From the NCBI RefSeq assembly GCF_009914755.1, contig NC_060935.1: 64,000 bases of DNA. One strand, written 5' to 3'. Source of the stretch: the human T2T-CHM13v2.0 reference genome, Homo sapiens. Within the stretch, counting starts at the first letter, position 1, and every line of letters begins with the position of its first letter. The position numbers were made by a program, and so were the translations under genes. Shown here piece after piece: positions 30,121 to 58,035 of the stretch. A model generated the notes under the pieces. The model made no database searches. It was not told the DNA's origin and was given only the letters and a program-made list of their open reading frames with translations.

Positions 30121-33100
30121 ATTTTGATAGTCCGATTCATCCCCTCCACCTTTCCGGAACTCTGAGGCCGGGAGGCAGCAGGCAATTTCCGTGTGATCCC
30201 CAATTCCTTTGCCGTCTTCTGTAGCAAGTCAGCCACAAACGCAGGCCCGTTATCTGAGCCGATCCGGAAGGGCAGTCCCAATCTACGAATCAGATCTCGA
30301 AGAAGCACACGGGTTACTTCACGAGCTTTCTCAGTTGTGTTGGATAAGCCTCCACCCACCCAGAGTAGGTACGGCCAAGAACTAGTAAATACTTGTTACC
30401 TCCACACTTTGGCATCTCTGTGAAGTCTACCTGGAGATCTTCTAAGGGGGCTGCTCCATAAGCTTGTATGCCGGGTGGAACGGCTGGACCTTGCCTCGCT
30501 TTATGCTGTCGGCAGGTAACACACCGCTGCCTCACCGTTTTGGCAAGGGCTGAGAAACGCGAGATGTAGAAATACCGGCCTAACAACTTTTCCAGTGACT
30601 CCTGACCTCGATAGGTGGTTTCTTGCACAGCCAGTACAACTGCAGCTCCTAGCAGCTGTGGCGCAGCTACTCTCCATCCTTCCTCCATCACTTGTCCTTC
30701 CCTCTACCTGGACAAAGTCCTTTTCTTCTTTAGAATAAGCAGGTCCAAGATCAGGTGCTTGAGGGAGCAGAGGAGCTGTGACTGATGCCTGGAAACGGGC
30801 AGATGCTGCTTTTCCAGCCTATGAGTCAGCGCGGGAATTCCCCAAGCCCACCAAGGTGGAAGCTCGCTGGTGTCCCCTGCAATGCATAACTGCCACCTTG
30901 TGGGGTTTCCATACTACTTCTAATACATAGAAGATTTCTGGTTGATATTTTCTGTCTTTTACCCCAGAGTTTAATAGGCCCTTTTCTTTCTATCACGCTC
31001 CATGCATGTGAAGGGTTCAAAAGACATACCGAGAATCAGTGTAAATGTTGACAGTCTCACCCTCACTGAGCTCTAAGGCCCAAATGAAAGCAATGAGTTC
31101 AGCTTTCTGGGCTGAAGTGGCCTGGGGCAACGATCTGGCTTCAACAACAGTGTCCAGGGTTATCACTGCATACCCTGCACCTCTCTCTCCTTGGGGGTTG
31201 AAGAAGCTGCTCCCATCCACGTATAGTTCCCAGTCTACTGATGCCCAAGGCTGGTCCCAGAAGTCAGGTCTGCTAGAGTCAACTGAGTCCAACACTTCTA
31301 CACAATCATGCTCGACGGGGCTCTCTGATAGCGGGAGCAAGGTGGCAGGGTGTTACAAACTTCAATGGTTACACGGGGATTTTCACAGAGCAAACTTTGG
31401 TACTTGGTGAGTCTGGCATTCATTAGCCAATGATGTCCTTTAATATTCATTAAAGTCACCACAGCATGGGGGGCCTTTCTGTTCAGGTTCTGCCCAAGAG
31501 TCAGCTTCTTTGCTTCTTGTACTAGCAGGGCAGTTGCTGCCAAGGCCCTCCAACACAGGGGCCATCCTTTAGAGACCCCATCTAGTTGTTTAGAGAGGTA
31601 GGCCACCGGCCTCGGCCAAGGCCCCACAGTTTGGGTTCAAAGTCCGGCTGCCATCTTTTCTCTCTCTCTGACACATAGGATGTAAAAGACTTTGTCAGAT
31701 CAGGTAGCCCCAGGGCTGGGGCTGACATAAGTTTCTCCTTTAACTCACGAAAGGCTTGCTGTTGTTGGGATCCCCATTCAAAAATTTCCCATCCCCGCCC
31801 CCTTTGTGACCTTATACAAAGTCTTGGCTAATACTGCAAAGTTTGGGATCCGCAGTCTACAAAACCCCACAGCTCCTAAGAATTCTCTCACCTGCCTTCT
31901 GCTCTTAGGCTCTGCTAGATTGCAAATGACCGGCTTTCTTTCTGATCCCGGGCTGCGTTCCCCCTGTCGGATACTAAATCCCAAGGAACATACCTGCTGT
32001 CAGCAGATCTGAGCTTTTTTCTTGGACACCTTACACCCACAGTCCTCCAGGTGTCGGCGTAGGGCAATCTGTTCCCTTGGTGCACCCGACTGCCATGAGG
32101 TGTCCCAGCAAAAGCTCATCAACCTACTGGAGCAATGCGCAGCCTAGGTCTCTGGTGGGAAACTTCTGGAGGTCTCAAGCCAACGCCTCCCCAAAGATGG
32201 TGGGGGAGTTCTTGAACCCTTGGGGAAGCCCGGTCCAAGTGTACTGAGTAGTGACACCTGACTCCGGATCTTCCCACTGAAAGGCAAACAGCTTCTGCCT
32301 CTCAGGGGCTAATCTGATAGAAAAGAAAGCGTCTCTCAGGTCCAAGCAGGTGAACCAGCTGTCCTCAGCTGGCAGCAACCCCAACAACATGGACGGGCTA
32401 GGTACTGTTGGATGTAAAGTCAGGGTAGCTTGACTAAACAAGCGCAAATCCTGTCCCAGCCTGTAATCCTTGGTCCATGGCTTGGGAACAGGCAGGAGGG
32501 GAGTGTTCTGTGGAGACTGACAAGGAACTATCATACCAAAAGTTCTTAGGTGCTTAAGATGGACCTGGATACCTTGAAGAGCTTCTCTGGGGACCAGGTC
32601 CTGTTTTTGCCTAAGTGGCTGGGCCCCAGTCTTAACTAGCCAACCCTGGAGGGTTGTCTTCTGCCCGTACTCTTGGCCTCTGCTTAGCCAGAGCTGGTCT
32701 TCTCTCTTGGCCCGGTTCAGTTCACAAAAGTCTCCATTCCTCCTCTCGGGGGACCATAAGGTCATAATGACTCCCGTGGCGGGTAACTTTAGCAGCAAAG
32801 AGCTGTGTTCTGTCAAAGAGAGAGCAGCTCTCAGCTTGCTAAGCAAGTCCCTTCCCAACAAGGGCAAGGGACAGTCAGGCATGTACAAAAACTGATGAAT
32901 CACTTGATGTCCTCCTACAGTGCAAGTCCCAGGCAAGCAGAAAGCTTGCTTTGCTGAAACCCCCATGGCTCCGGTGATGTCAAGGGTCTTTCTGGATAAC
33001 GGGCGACCGGAGCGGTTACTAGCGAATGTTCAGCACCGCTATCCACAAGAAAGTCAATGTCTCTACCCCCGACTCTCATTCTAACCAGAGGCTCTTTGGA

Positions 33101-34195
33101 GACACTTGAGCCTGGTCTCCCTCAGTCCAATAATCCTTTTGCCAGGTTGAGCCGGGCCCCTTCCTCCTTGTCCGGGGCCTCCTGCTCTGAGTCACCTTGT
33201 TTTCTTTTGAGCTCAGGGCATTTGTTCTTCCAATGTCTTATTTCTTTACAATAAGCACTCTGGTTACGCTGCAAACTCTGACAGCCAAGCTGAGTTTCTT
33301 TCCCAGGGCTCCCCTTCCCTTGCTTCTTTGGGGGGACAGCTCTGATTGCTGCAGCTAACAAACAGGTCGGCGTTTTGCCGGGCCTGATCTCCATTCTCTT
33401 TGCGCTTTCCCTCGTGGCTTACTGTATCCCTGTTTACAAACACCTGCTTAGCTATTTCTCATCAATGTGATGTATTCCTCCCTGCAAGCCCAGCCTGCTT
33501 CTGCAGTTTTCTTCTAACGTCTTCCGCACTTTGACGGACTAAAGCCATTTGAATCATGCGCTGATTTTCAGGGTTATCGGGATCAAGGGGAGTATACATA
33601 CCATAGGCCTCACACAGTCTCTGGTAGAATTGTGCTGGACTTTCTTCTTTTCCCTGAATGACTTCAGAGACCTTATTAATATTTGTGGCCTTCTGAGCTC
33701 CCCTCTTGAATCCTTCCAAGAGAGCTTCCCTGTCTCGGTTTAGCCTTTGCATATCCTCTCTTTCATGTGGGTCCAACTGGGGGTGGGTTCCTGGTAACTA
33801 GGTCCTTCCATACTCTTGGGGGTTTTGATAATCAGCTGGTGCATGTTCCTCTAGCCACTTAGTTGCTGCGTGGAGCCCTCTCCGCCTTTCGCCTTTCACC
33901 TCTCTTAAAGAGGAACATGAGCAACCGGTGGCGATCAGCCCAGGTGGGGTTGTGGGTCTGGATAACAGTTTGGAGCAAATCTATTAGGGCTTGCGGCTTT
34001 TCGCTCTAGGACGGGGTATTGTTTTCCCAGTTGAGAAGGTCGGCAGAGGTGAAGGGCTTTTACACAAAAACACGCCTCTCCACCACGTGACCATCCTCCT
34101 CTCTCCCAGTATACCGCTGCTCTCTCAGGGGCATTTGGATCCCCGTTTTGGGTCGTAAACGAGCTGCCAAGGGAGGGGTGGAATGGCGCAATGTT
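30121..34195 (-). mobile_element. LTR-less class I ERV internal fragment (HERV-E-like): gag CA/NC, protease, RT, RNase H and N-terminal integrase; all disrupted
   Basis: Gag major homology region VIQGKEESPAQFYQRL; degenerate zinc knuckle SAYCKEIRHWKNKC; gag TGA at 33122 followed in frame by protease FLVDSGAEHS; RT LPQGFKNSP and LLQ*VDELLL; RNase H YVDGSS and YTDSRY; integrase QVDFTEMP, GSDNGPAF, PQSSGKVE. Confidence 0.9.
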
Positions 34196-34199
34196 ACTT

Positions 34200-37100
34200 A
34201 CCGCAATTAATAATATCAATTATTAATTGATACTGATAATTATCAATATTAATAACTGATCATATAATTCTTAAAATCAATACCTATAATAATGATAATT
34301 CATATTAAAGAGCTATACTCACAATAACAACAAATGATGAATGTTAATGATTAATGACGCCTGGTCTTAGTGATATTGATCTTATTCATTAGAAAACTGT
34401 CATATTAACTCCTAATAATTAACATTAATTTTAATAATCTGAACACTTTTTTAGCAATGATTTCTTAATATTAATATTAGTAATACATATTCATGTTAAT
34501 AATAAATGAGGAAGAATTAATACGAATATTATCCCTAATACCTCAGTGGGTGTACACCCACCTGTGATATTGTTCCTAATGTCCAGGGAGGGAGAGAGCA
34601 TGATATGACTTTCAATATCGCAGTAGGAGTACACCCACCCGGTGATATTTATCCGAATATCATCTCCAGGGGGTGGCGTATGACGTTACTCCCAAGATAG
34701 CAGTGGGTGTGCATCCACCCGGTGATATTCCTCCTAATATTCCCGGAAGAAGAGAATGCTATTACTCCCAGTATCTCAGGAAGTGTACACCCCTTCTGTG
34801 ACATTGTTCCTAATATCCGGAGGGGAGAGGGTGATATTACTCGCAATATCGCAGGCTGTGTACACCCACCCTCTGATATTGTTCCTAGCAGCCAGGAAGT
34901 GAGAGGACGATATGACTCCCCATACAGCAGGAGGCGTACACCCATCCTGGGATATTATTCCTAATATCCACGGAGAGGAGAGGCTGATATGACTCCCAGT
35001 ATCGCAGGGGGTGTACATCCTGTCTGTGATATTGTTCTTAATATTCAAAGGTGGAGAGGTTGATATTACTCCCAATATCACAGAAAGTGTACAAACCCGT
35101 GTACTATTGTTGCTATTATCCAGAAGAAGAGAAGATGATATCACCCCCCCATCGCAGGAGGTGCACACCCACTCTGTGATATTTTTTCCAATGTGCAGGG
35201 CAGGGGAGGATAATACTCTTCTTCATAGCACACGGTGTGTACAGCCCCGCTGTAATATGGTCCTTAATATTCCAAGCGGAGAGGATGATCTTACTCCCAA
35301 TACTGCAGAAAGTGTACACGACCCCAGTGATATGGTGCCCATGATCCAGGACAGAAGAGGATGATGTTACTTTCAATATCGCACAGGGTGGACACGCCCC
35401 CAGTGATATTGTTCCTAATTTCAACGTGGGAGAGGATGATACTACACGGAATGCCCCTGGGGTAAAAACACTCCTGTGATATTGTTCTTAATATCAAGGG
35501 GAAAGAGGATGCTATTACTCCAAAGAGCGCAGAGGATGTGCACCCGTCTGTGACATAGTTAGTAATTTCCAGAGGCGGAGAAGATATTACTGACAATAAC
35601 GTGAACACACTGTGTGACCACCGTGGATCGTCATATCCGGGGGGGAGAGGGGGGTGATATGACTCCCCGCATCGCGGGGGGCGCCCGCCCCCCTGCGATG
35701 TGGATCGTCATATCCAGGCGGGGAGGGGGGGGTGATGTGACTCCCCGCATCGCGGGGGGCGCCCGCCCCGCTGCGAAGTGAATCGTCATATCCAGAGGGG
35801 GGTGATATGACTCCCCGCATCACGGGGGCCTCACCCCCTTGCGATGGGGGTCCTAAGAGCCAGCGGGGGATAGGGGCTGGCTCTTACTCCCCGTACCCCG
35901 GGTGGGGGGCCTCACCCCCCTGCGATGGGTCTCCTAAGAGCCGGGGGAGAGAGTGGCTGGCTCTTACTCCCCGTATCCCAGGAGGTGTGTACAACCCCTG
36001 CGATATTGGGAGTAATATCATCCTCTCCCCCTGAATATAAGAAACAATATCACAGGAGGATGTACACCCCCTGCGATATTGGAAGTAACATCATTTTCTC
36101 CCCCTCCGGATATTCGGAACAGTATCACAGTGGGTGTGTACAGCTCCTGCGACATTGCCGCTAGTATCTTCCTCTCCCTCCCAGGATAGAAGGAAGAATG
36201 TTACAAGGGGGTGTACACCCCCTGCGATATTGGCTATAATATCTTCCTCTCCCCCGCTGCCTTTTAGGAGCAATGTCACACAAGGGGTGTACACCCGCGG
36301 CTATATTGGGAGTGATATCATCCTCTCCGTCCCTGGATATTAGGAACAATATCCCTAGGGAGTGTACACATCCTGCAATATTCAGACTAATATCATCCTC
36401 TCGCCGCCTGGATATTAGGATCAATATCACAAGGGTGGTGTGCACCCCCGGCGAAATTGGAAGAAATATCATCATCTCCACCTTTGGATGTTAGGGACAG
36501 TATCTCGGGGGAGGTCTCCGCCCCCTGCGATATTGGGAGTCATATCATCCGCTCCCACCCAGGATATTAGGAACAAGATGACCGAAGGGATGTACGCCCA
36601 CTGCGCTATTTTCAATAATGTCATCCTCTACCCCCTGGCTATTAGGAGTCACATCATAGAGGGGTGTACACTTTCTGCGATATTGGGAGTAATATCCTCC
36701 CCCCACGGATATCGGGAACAGTTCTATTGATTATTAATATTACAAATATAATAACAATTAATAGTAATCATCAATATTAATAATTACTGTAGAGACAGTA
36801 AAACAGTACGGATGAAAAATATTAACGGTTACTATTTATAATTAATAGCAATTTCAGTATTAATAATAAAATAATGATATCACTAATTAATGTTACTTCA
36901 ATCATAAGTGATGTTGGTAATAAAACAATAATTAATATTAAGATTAATAACTAATATTAAAAGTGACATTAATATTAATAATTAATTTTAATCATGCATA
37001 ATCATATCTCAAAAATAATCATTAATGATTAATAACGTTATACTGTTAATTAATATTACCATTGATAATTATTAATAAGACTGATGTTTAATAATTCAGA

Positions 37101-38110
37101 ATATTATTACTGCTAATACCGCAGGGGGTGTACATCTACTTGTGATAATGTTCCTAATATCCAGGGATGGAGAGCATGATATTAGTTTTCATATCACAGT
37201 AGGTGTACACTCACCCTGTGACACCGATCCTAATACCCAGCTTGTAGAGTATGACATGACTGCCAACATAGCAATCAATGTACAGCCACCCGGTGATATT
37301 GCTCCTAATATTCACGGAAGAAGCGTATGATATTACTCCCAATATCGCAGGGAGTGTACACCTCTTCTGTGATATTGTTCCTAGTATCCCGAGGGGGAGA
37401 GGGTGATAATAATTCCAGCAACGCAGGCTGTGTTCACCCAGCCTGTGAAATTGTTATTAATATCCTGAAAGGGAGAGGATGATATTACTCCCCATAATAG
37501 AGCAGGAGGTGTACACCCACCCTGTGATATTCTTCCTAATATTCAGAGGCCGAGAGGTTGATATTACTCCCAATATCGCAGGAAGTATACACCCCTGTGT
37601 GAGATGGTCCTTCATAATATTCCAAGGCGGAGGGGGTGATATGACTACATATATGGCAGAAAGTGAACACCCCCCAGGGATATTGTTCCCATGATCCTGG
37701 AGGGAAGAGGATGATATTACTTTCAATATCACAGAAGGTGGACACGCCCCCACTGATATTGTTTCTAATTGCAACGTGGGACAGGAGGATATGACACGCG
37801 ATATCCGAGGGAGTGGAAACACCCCTGTGATACTCTTCTTAATATTCATGGAGGAAGAGGATGATATTACTCCCAATACAGAAAGGTGTACACCCTCTGT
37901 ACACTGAGGGTATACACCCATCTGTGAAACAGTTCATAATCTCCAGAGGGGGAGATGGTGTTGCTCAAAATAAGGTAAACAGGCTGTGAGTCCACCGCGG
38001 ATCCTAAAACCCAGGGGGGGAAGAGGGGCTAGCTCTTACTCCCCGCATCGCAGGGGGTGCCTCACCCCCCTGTGATGGGGGTCCTAAGAGCCAGGGGGGG
38101 AGAGGGGCTG
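34200..38110. repeat. SATR-type satellite field with AT-rich spacers (34200-34530, 36725-37105), GC-rich variant units (35620-35985, 37990-38110) and an inverted block (35990-36720)
   Basis: Same unit as 27690-30120; 35990-36720 reads as its reverse complement (CTGCGATATTGGGAGTAATATCATCCTCTCCCC). Confidence 0.88.
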
Positions 38111-38423
38111 TTCCCTACGTTGGGGCACTGAGGTCCCTGTTTTCTTGTAAGCTGCCATTGGGGACCACTCTCGGCTTCCAGGGGCCCCCTTGTAGGTGGC
38201 ACCATGGCCACTTGCCCTACTCCAAGCCTGCAGAAGAGCGCCTCTCTGCCATGTCCCTTTCTTTTAAAAGACTTGCCTGACTGGTTCAGGTCCATTAGGT
38301 AGCGTCCCATTTGATTAGCTCAAAAGTACTGTAGCCCATCACATTCACTCACAGGAGGGCATTAGCGGGGTGTGGACACCAGGGAGTGAGAATCTCTCAG
38401 GCCAGTTTAGCATTCAGTTGGTT

Positions 38424-40798
<2,375 letters not shown>

Positions 40799-42762
40799 TC
40801 AGACACGGAGGCCATGACACAACCTGCTTATCCACTCAGGGGTCCAGAACCTCCACCCAGTCACCTTATCCGGGGGTGATGGAGACAGGGGAGGTGCCAC
40901 CTACGCCAGTGTCATCTCTTACAATGAGCTCTTCTCCTGCTCGAAAAGAGCCAGCCTGCTGAGCTTGCTGCCAGGGCCCGTCGCACTGCCTGCGCTGTGT
41001 TGCCCGTCGCACAGCCTGTGATATGTGTTTCCCATCATGTGTGCATGTGTGTTGTCATGTAGTGTCTGTCACAGGTGTTACCCGTCACGTGTGTTTGCAT
41101 GTTGCATGTGTGTGGCCTATCAGGTGTAAATATGTGTTGTCTGGCACATGTCAGCATCTGGGCATTCTCCGTGTGCCAGGAGCAGCCAGGTGGCCTGTGA
41201 AGCCTTCTCATGGGAAATGCCCAGATAGGAAGAGCACAGCCAGGAGCCAAGCCCCTGAGTGGCCACTCCATGTGCCTGGATCACCTTCAAGTCTGCTCAA
41301 CATCACAGCCTCTGTTCCTTGGCACCATGGACATTGGAATTGACTCGGAACTGGGAAGAGCTGTAGGCCCACTATCCAGGCACCTGCTCCCCGTTTGCCC
41401 AGCATCCCAGGGGCCCACACCCTTCCAAATATCACCTTGCCCTCCATTCAGAGGTGAATCATCTGAGCGTCAGGTTGCCCAACTCCGACTGGTTTTGCTG
41501 GAGCCTGCCTAGAGGATGTCGCCAGCCACCTCCAGAGAACACTCAGTCTACAGATGCCGAGGGGGAACTGGAAGCACACAGTGCTGGCCTTCACCCAGGT
41601 TATGGTGGCACCTCGGGACCGCTTCTGAGTCTGCTTGTCACTGAAGGTCGGCGTGAGGCAGGCAGCGTTCCCTCCCAGATTTAGAAAATGTCAAGTCTCC
41701 CGCCGCACCCTTTTGTGTTTCTTACAGGGCCTGGTGCGCTTGCTGCCGCCACACTAAGGGCTCCAACATGTTCCCTCACACACTCAACAGAGAAGGAACC
41801 TGTGGCTCAGATGGCAGACTCCCTGTCCAAGGCCACAGAGTCTGGCCCCAGGGACCACTAGAGGCTTCAAGAACCAAACTCACATGAGGGCAGAGAGGAG
41901 AGATGGGGCCAGTTTAGGGCTGGGAGAATCCATAGAGCGATGCTGAGGCAGGCATGGAGCCTGGAGGTACGGACGAGGGTCTCGCCAAAGTCAGGGGTAA
42001 AGAGGCTGTGGGGAGTGAGGAATGGTGTGGGCCAGCCCCGGGCCTGCTGGGGTGCAGCTGGGGGCTCCATGGCCCTCCCACGGCCCCCACTTGTCCTCAC
42101 CCAACCGTTCAGAGCTCTTCATGGCGGGGGTGTCCCTCTCCTCTGGCCACAAGAGGAGCGGGTGGAGGAACGGCACCTTCAGGCCTTGTAGGGGGTCTGC
42201 CCCTCCACCAGCCTGTTTCTCGTGGGCATCGCAGCTGAGGCTGTAGCCGGGAAAGGGTAGTCACCGAGCGTACCTGGCCTCCAACCACCACTTCCAAGGC
42301 CCCTACTGGGCACAGGGTGACCCCACCGTGGCTCGGAAGTGGACCCTGTCCGACGCGGGGGTGGTCGCTGGAGGGCGGAGGATGCCTACACAGGCCTCTG
42401 GAGGGTGTGTCTCGGGAGTCTGTCTCGCCCTCTGGACCCATGGGGGACCAGCAACGCCGTCACACCCTCCTCTGTCTCTGCCAGCCGCTCCGCCGCTCCC
42501 TTCTCCTGGCTGGGGCTGGCAAAGGCAGGCAGGTATGGGGGGGCGGGGCCTCAGGAGGGAGGAAGGGCTGGTGGGCGGGGCCTACGGACACCTCGCCCCG
42601 CCCCCAGTAGGGCGCGGCACTCCCCACACCACGCGGTCCCCCTAGGTCAGGGCCTGTCACCACTGCGCCCAGAGGCCGGGCCAGCCGTGCGTGCATCCCA
42701 GGGCATCCGTGCATCCGTCCCCCGCGGCCTGGGACTCCCCAGTCAGGACAGTACAAAATCTC

Positions 42763-42768
42763 TTTATT
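42763..42768 (-). terminator. UNC93B1: UNC93B1 polyadenylation signal AATAAA
   Basis: TTTATT on the plus strand, ~420 nt past the stop codon at the end of a GC-rich 3' UTR. Confidence 0.85.
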
Positions 42769-43188
42769 GCTCATTTTCTGTAAAAAATCGTGGCTCTCGG
42801 CGGACCCTGGGGATAGGAGGTGCAAAGTGCGCTCACACGCGGCCCGGGTCCGCGGCCGAGAGCTGTGGGGATCTGGAGCGGGCCGGGTCGCAAGAAGACC
42901 CTGACCGTGCTCCGGCGCTGGGGCGCGTGCTAAGGGCCCGCGGGGTTTCAGCTGTATTTTCGAACCCCTGTGCTTGGCCGAGGGGTTCCCAAGGCTCCAC
43001 TCCGCCTTGGAGGGGGCTGCGGAAGCCCGGAGGTGACCTGGGCTCTGGGAGGGGCGTCCCCAACGTGGGGGAGGGGAGACAGGGGCCTTTGAAGACAGCG
43101 CGGGACTCGGAGGGGGTCCCCCCGACCTCAGACGTGGTAAACTGAGGCCGGCGAGGAGGGAGGCTGAGTCCGGGGACCAGGCGGCCCC

Positions 43189-55695
<12,507 letters not shown>

Positions 55696-57064
55696 GGCCC
55701 GAACTACTGCGGACTCGCGGCGGTCGCCCCGGAGTCCCTGCGACCGCCCGGCCACTTCCTCCCGGCGGCCGGGACCTGCCCCCGCCCCGCCCTGTCCCGC
55801 CCTGCGGGCCGCCTCCTCCAGGACACGTGTGTGTGTATGTGTGTGTGCGCGCGCGCGCGCGCGTGTGTGCAGGGGCCTGCCTGTGTGTGCCCTCTGGGGT
55901 GTGAGTTCGAATCCCCACTCAGCCACCTCCTGGCCCTGTGACTTTAGGAATTAACTCCATTTCTTTGTGCCTCGGTTTCCTCCGTTTCCTCGACGGTAAA
56001 ACAGAAATACATGGCACTACCCCCGGGGCCATGGCGGAACTATTGAGTTAATGCAAAGCCTTGGAAAAGTGCCAGGGTTGCCTGGCTCCCTTAAGCTCCC
56101 CTCAGGGTTGCCTGGGTCGTCCCCAGCCCCACCTCCAAGCCTGCTGTTACAGCTCATCAAAGAGCACTGCAGGGACAGTAGCGTCACCACCTGGACCCCA
56201 CCTCCCACCACCGGACGCTACAGCCAGAGCCCACCTCCCATGTCCCCATCCTGCTCCAGTTTGGGCTGTGCAAATGGGAGCTTGAGTGGGTCCTGGGAGG
56301 TGGAGATTGTGATCCCCACTGAACTACATGGGGGACCCTGCCACAACCATGTAGTGGGGCCCAGAGCCACCTGCCCCCATCCTGCTGGGCACTGGATCCC
56401 GGGCTGCAGCGGGAGCCTGTGGTGGGGCCGACACTCCAAAGCACTGGCTACCACCGACCTGGCTGGAGCCACGGGGCCACTTTTGAAAATATCCAGATTC
56501 TCTCCCCTGGGTTCCTTCTGGTTTGAATGCTCTTCCTGCTGCGCCTCCCAGGTGGCTTCCTTCCCACTCAGCTCTCAGAACAAGAGACCATCCCTGCAGA
56601 GAATGCAGTCCCTTCACTTCCCTTCTGGTTTTCCATGCCCTCCCTGTGCACCCCCCTCCACCCACTGCTCTTTAGGTACATCCTCTCCCAAATGCAGAGG
56701 ATGGCATTGGGCACCTACTGAGTGATCAATACTTGTGACTGGATGGGTGCATGAGTGACTGGATGACAAACACCTCCCACCCCGCAAGGATTGCTGGGAA
56801 GGTGGGGGGAGGCGTGAATCTGCAGTGGCTTCAGGCTTCCAGGAGGTAGAACTTTCTCCAGGTGACGATGCCCAAGTGCAGATGTGGGGAACAGACAGGT
56901 GGATTCATGCAGGTGGGTGGCTGGAAGTGGGAGACAGGAAAGGAGCCGAAGAGAGGGCAGGGCCCGAGGCGCAGGGGCAGGGAGGAGGTGGGAGAGTATG
57001 GCTATGGCGGGGGCCGTTCTCAGATGGCAGACACCAGCATCATTACACAGTATGATGAGAAAGT

Positions 57065-58035
<971 letters not shown>

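Noticed and set aside
32175-32966. Functional ERV protease / reverse transcriptase
   Set aside because: Frameshifted, and the catalytic YVDD reads *VDE at ~32116-32127.
28146-37921. Many ORFs with CTPPAILGVISSSP or ILFLISRGREDDITPNIAGGVH repeats
   Set aside because: Translations of the satellite unit, with no gene structure.
27690-38110. CRISPR-like look of regularly spaced ~32-bp palindromes
   Set aside because: The intervening sequences are themselves repeated rather than unique spacers, there are no cas genes, and the context is primate. This is satellite DNA.
42107-42241. AG..GT exon-like segment downstream of the UNC93B1 poly(A) site (LSCDAHEKQAGGGADPLQGLKVPFLHPLLLWPEERD)
   Set aside because: No recognisable homology and no partner exon; cannot be supported.
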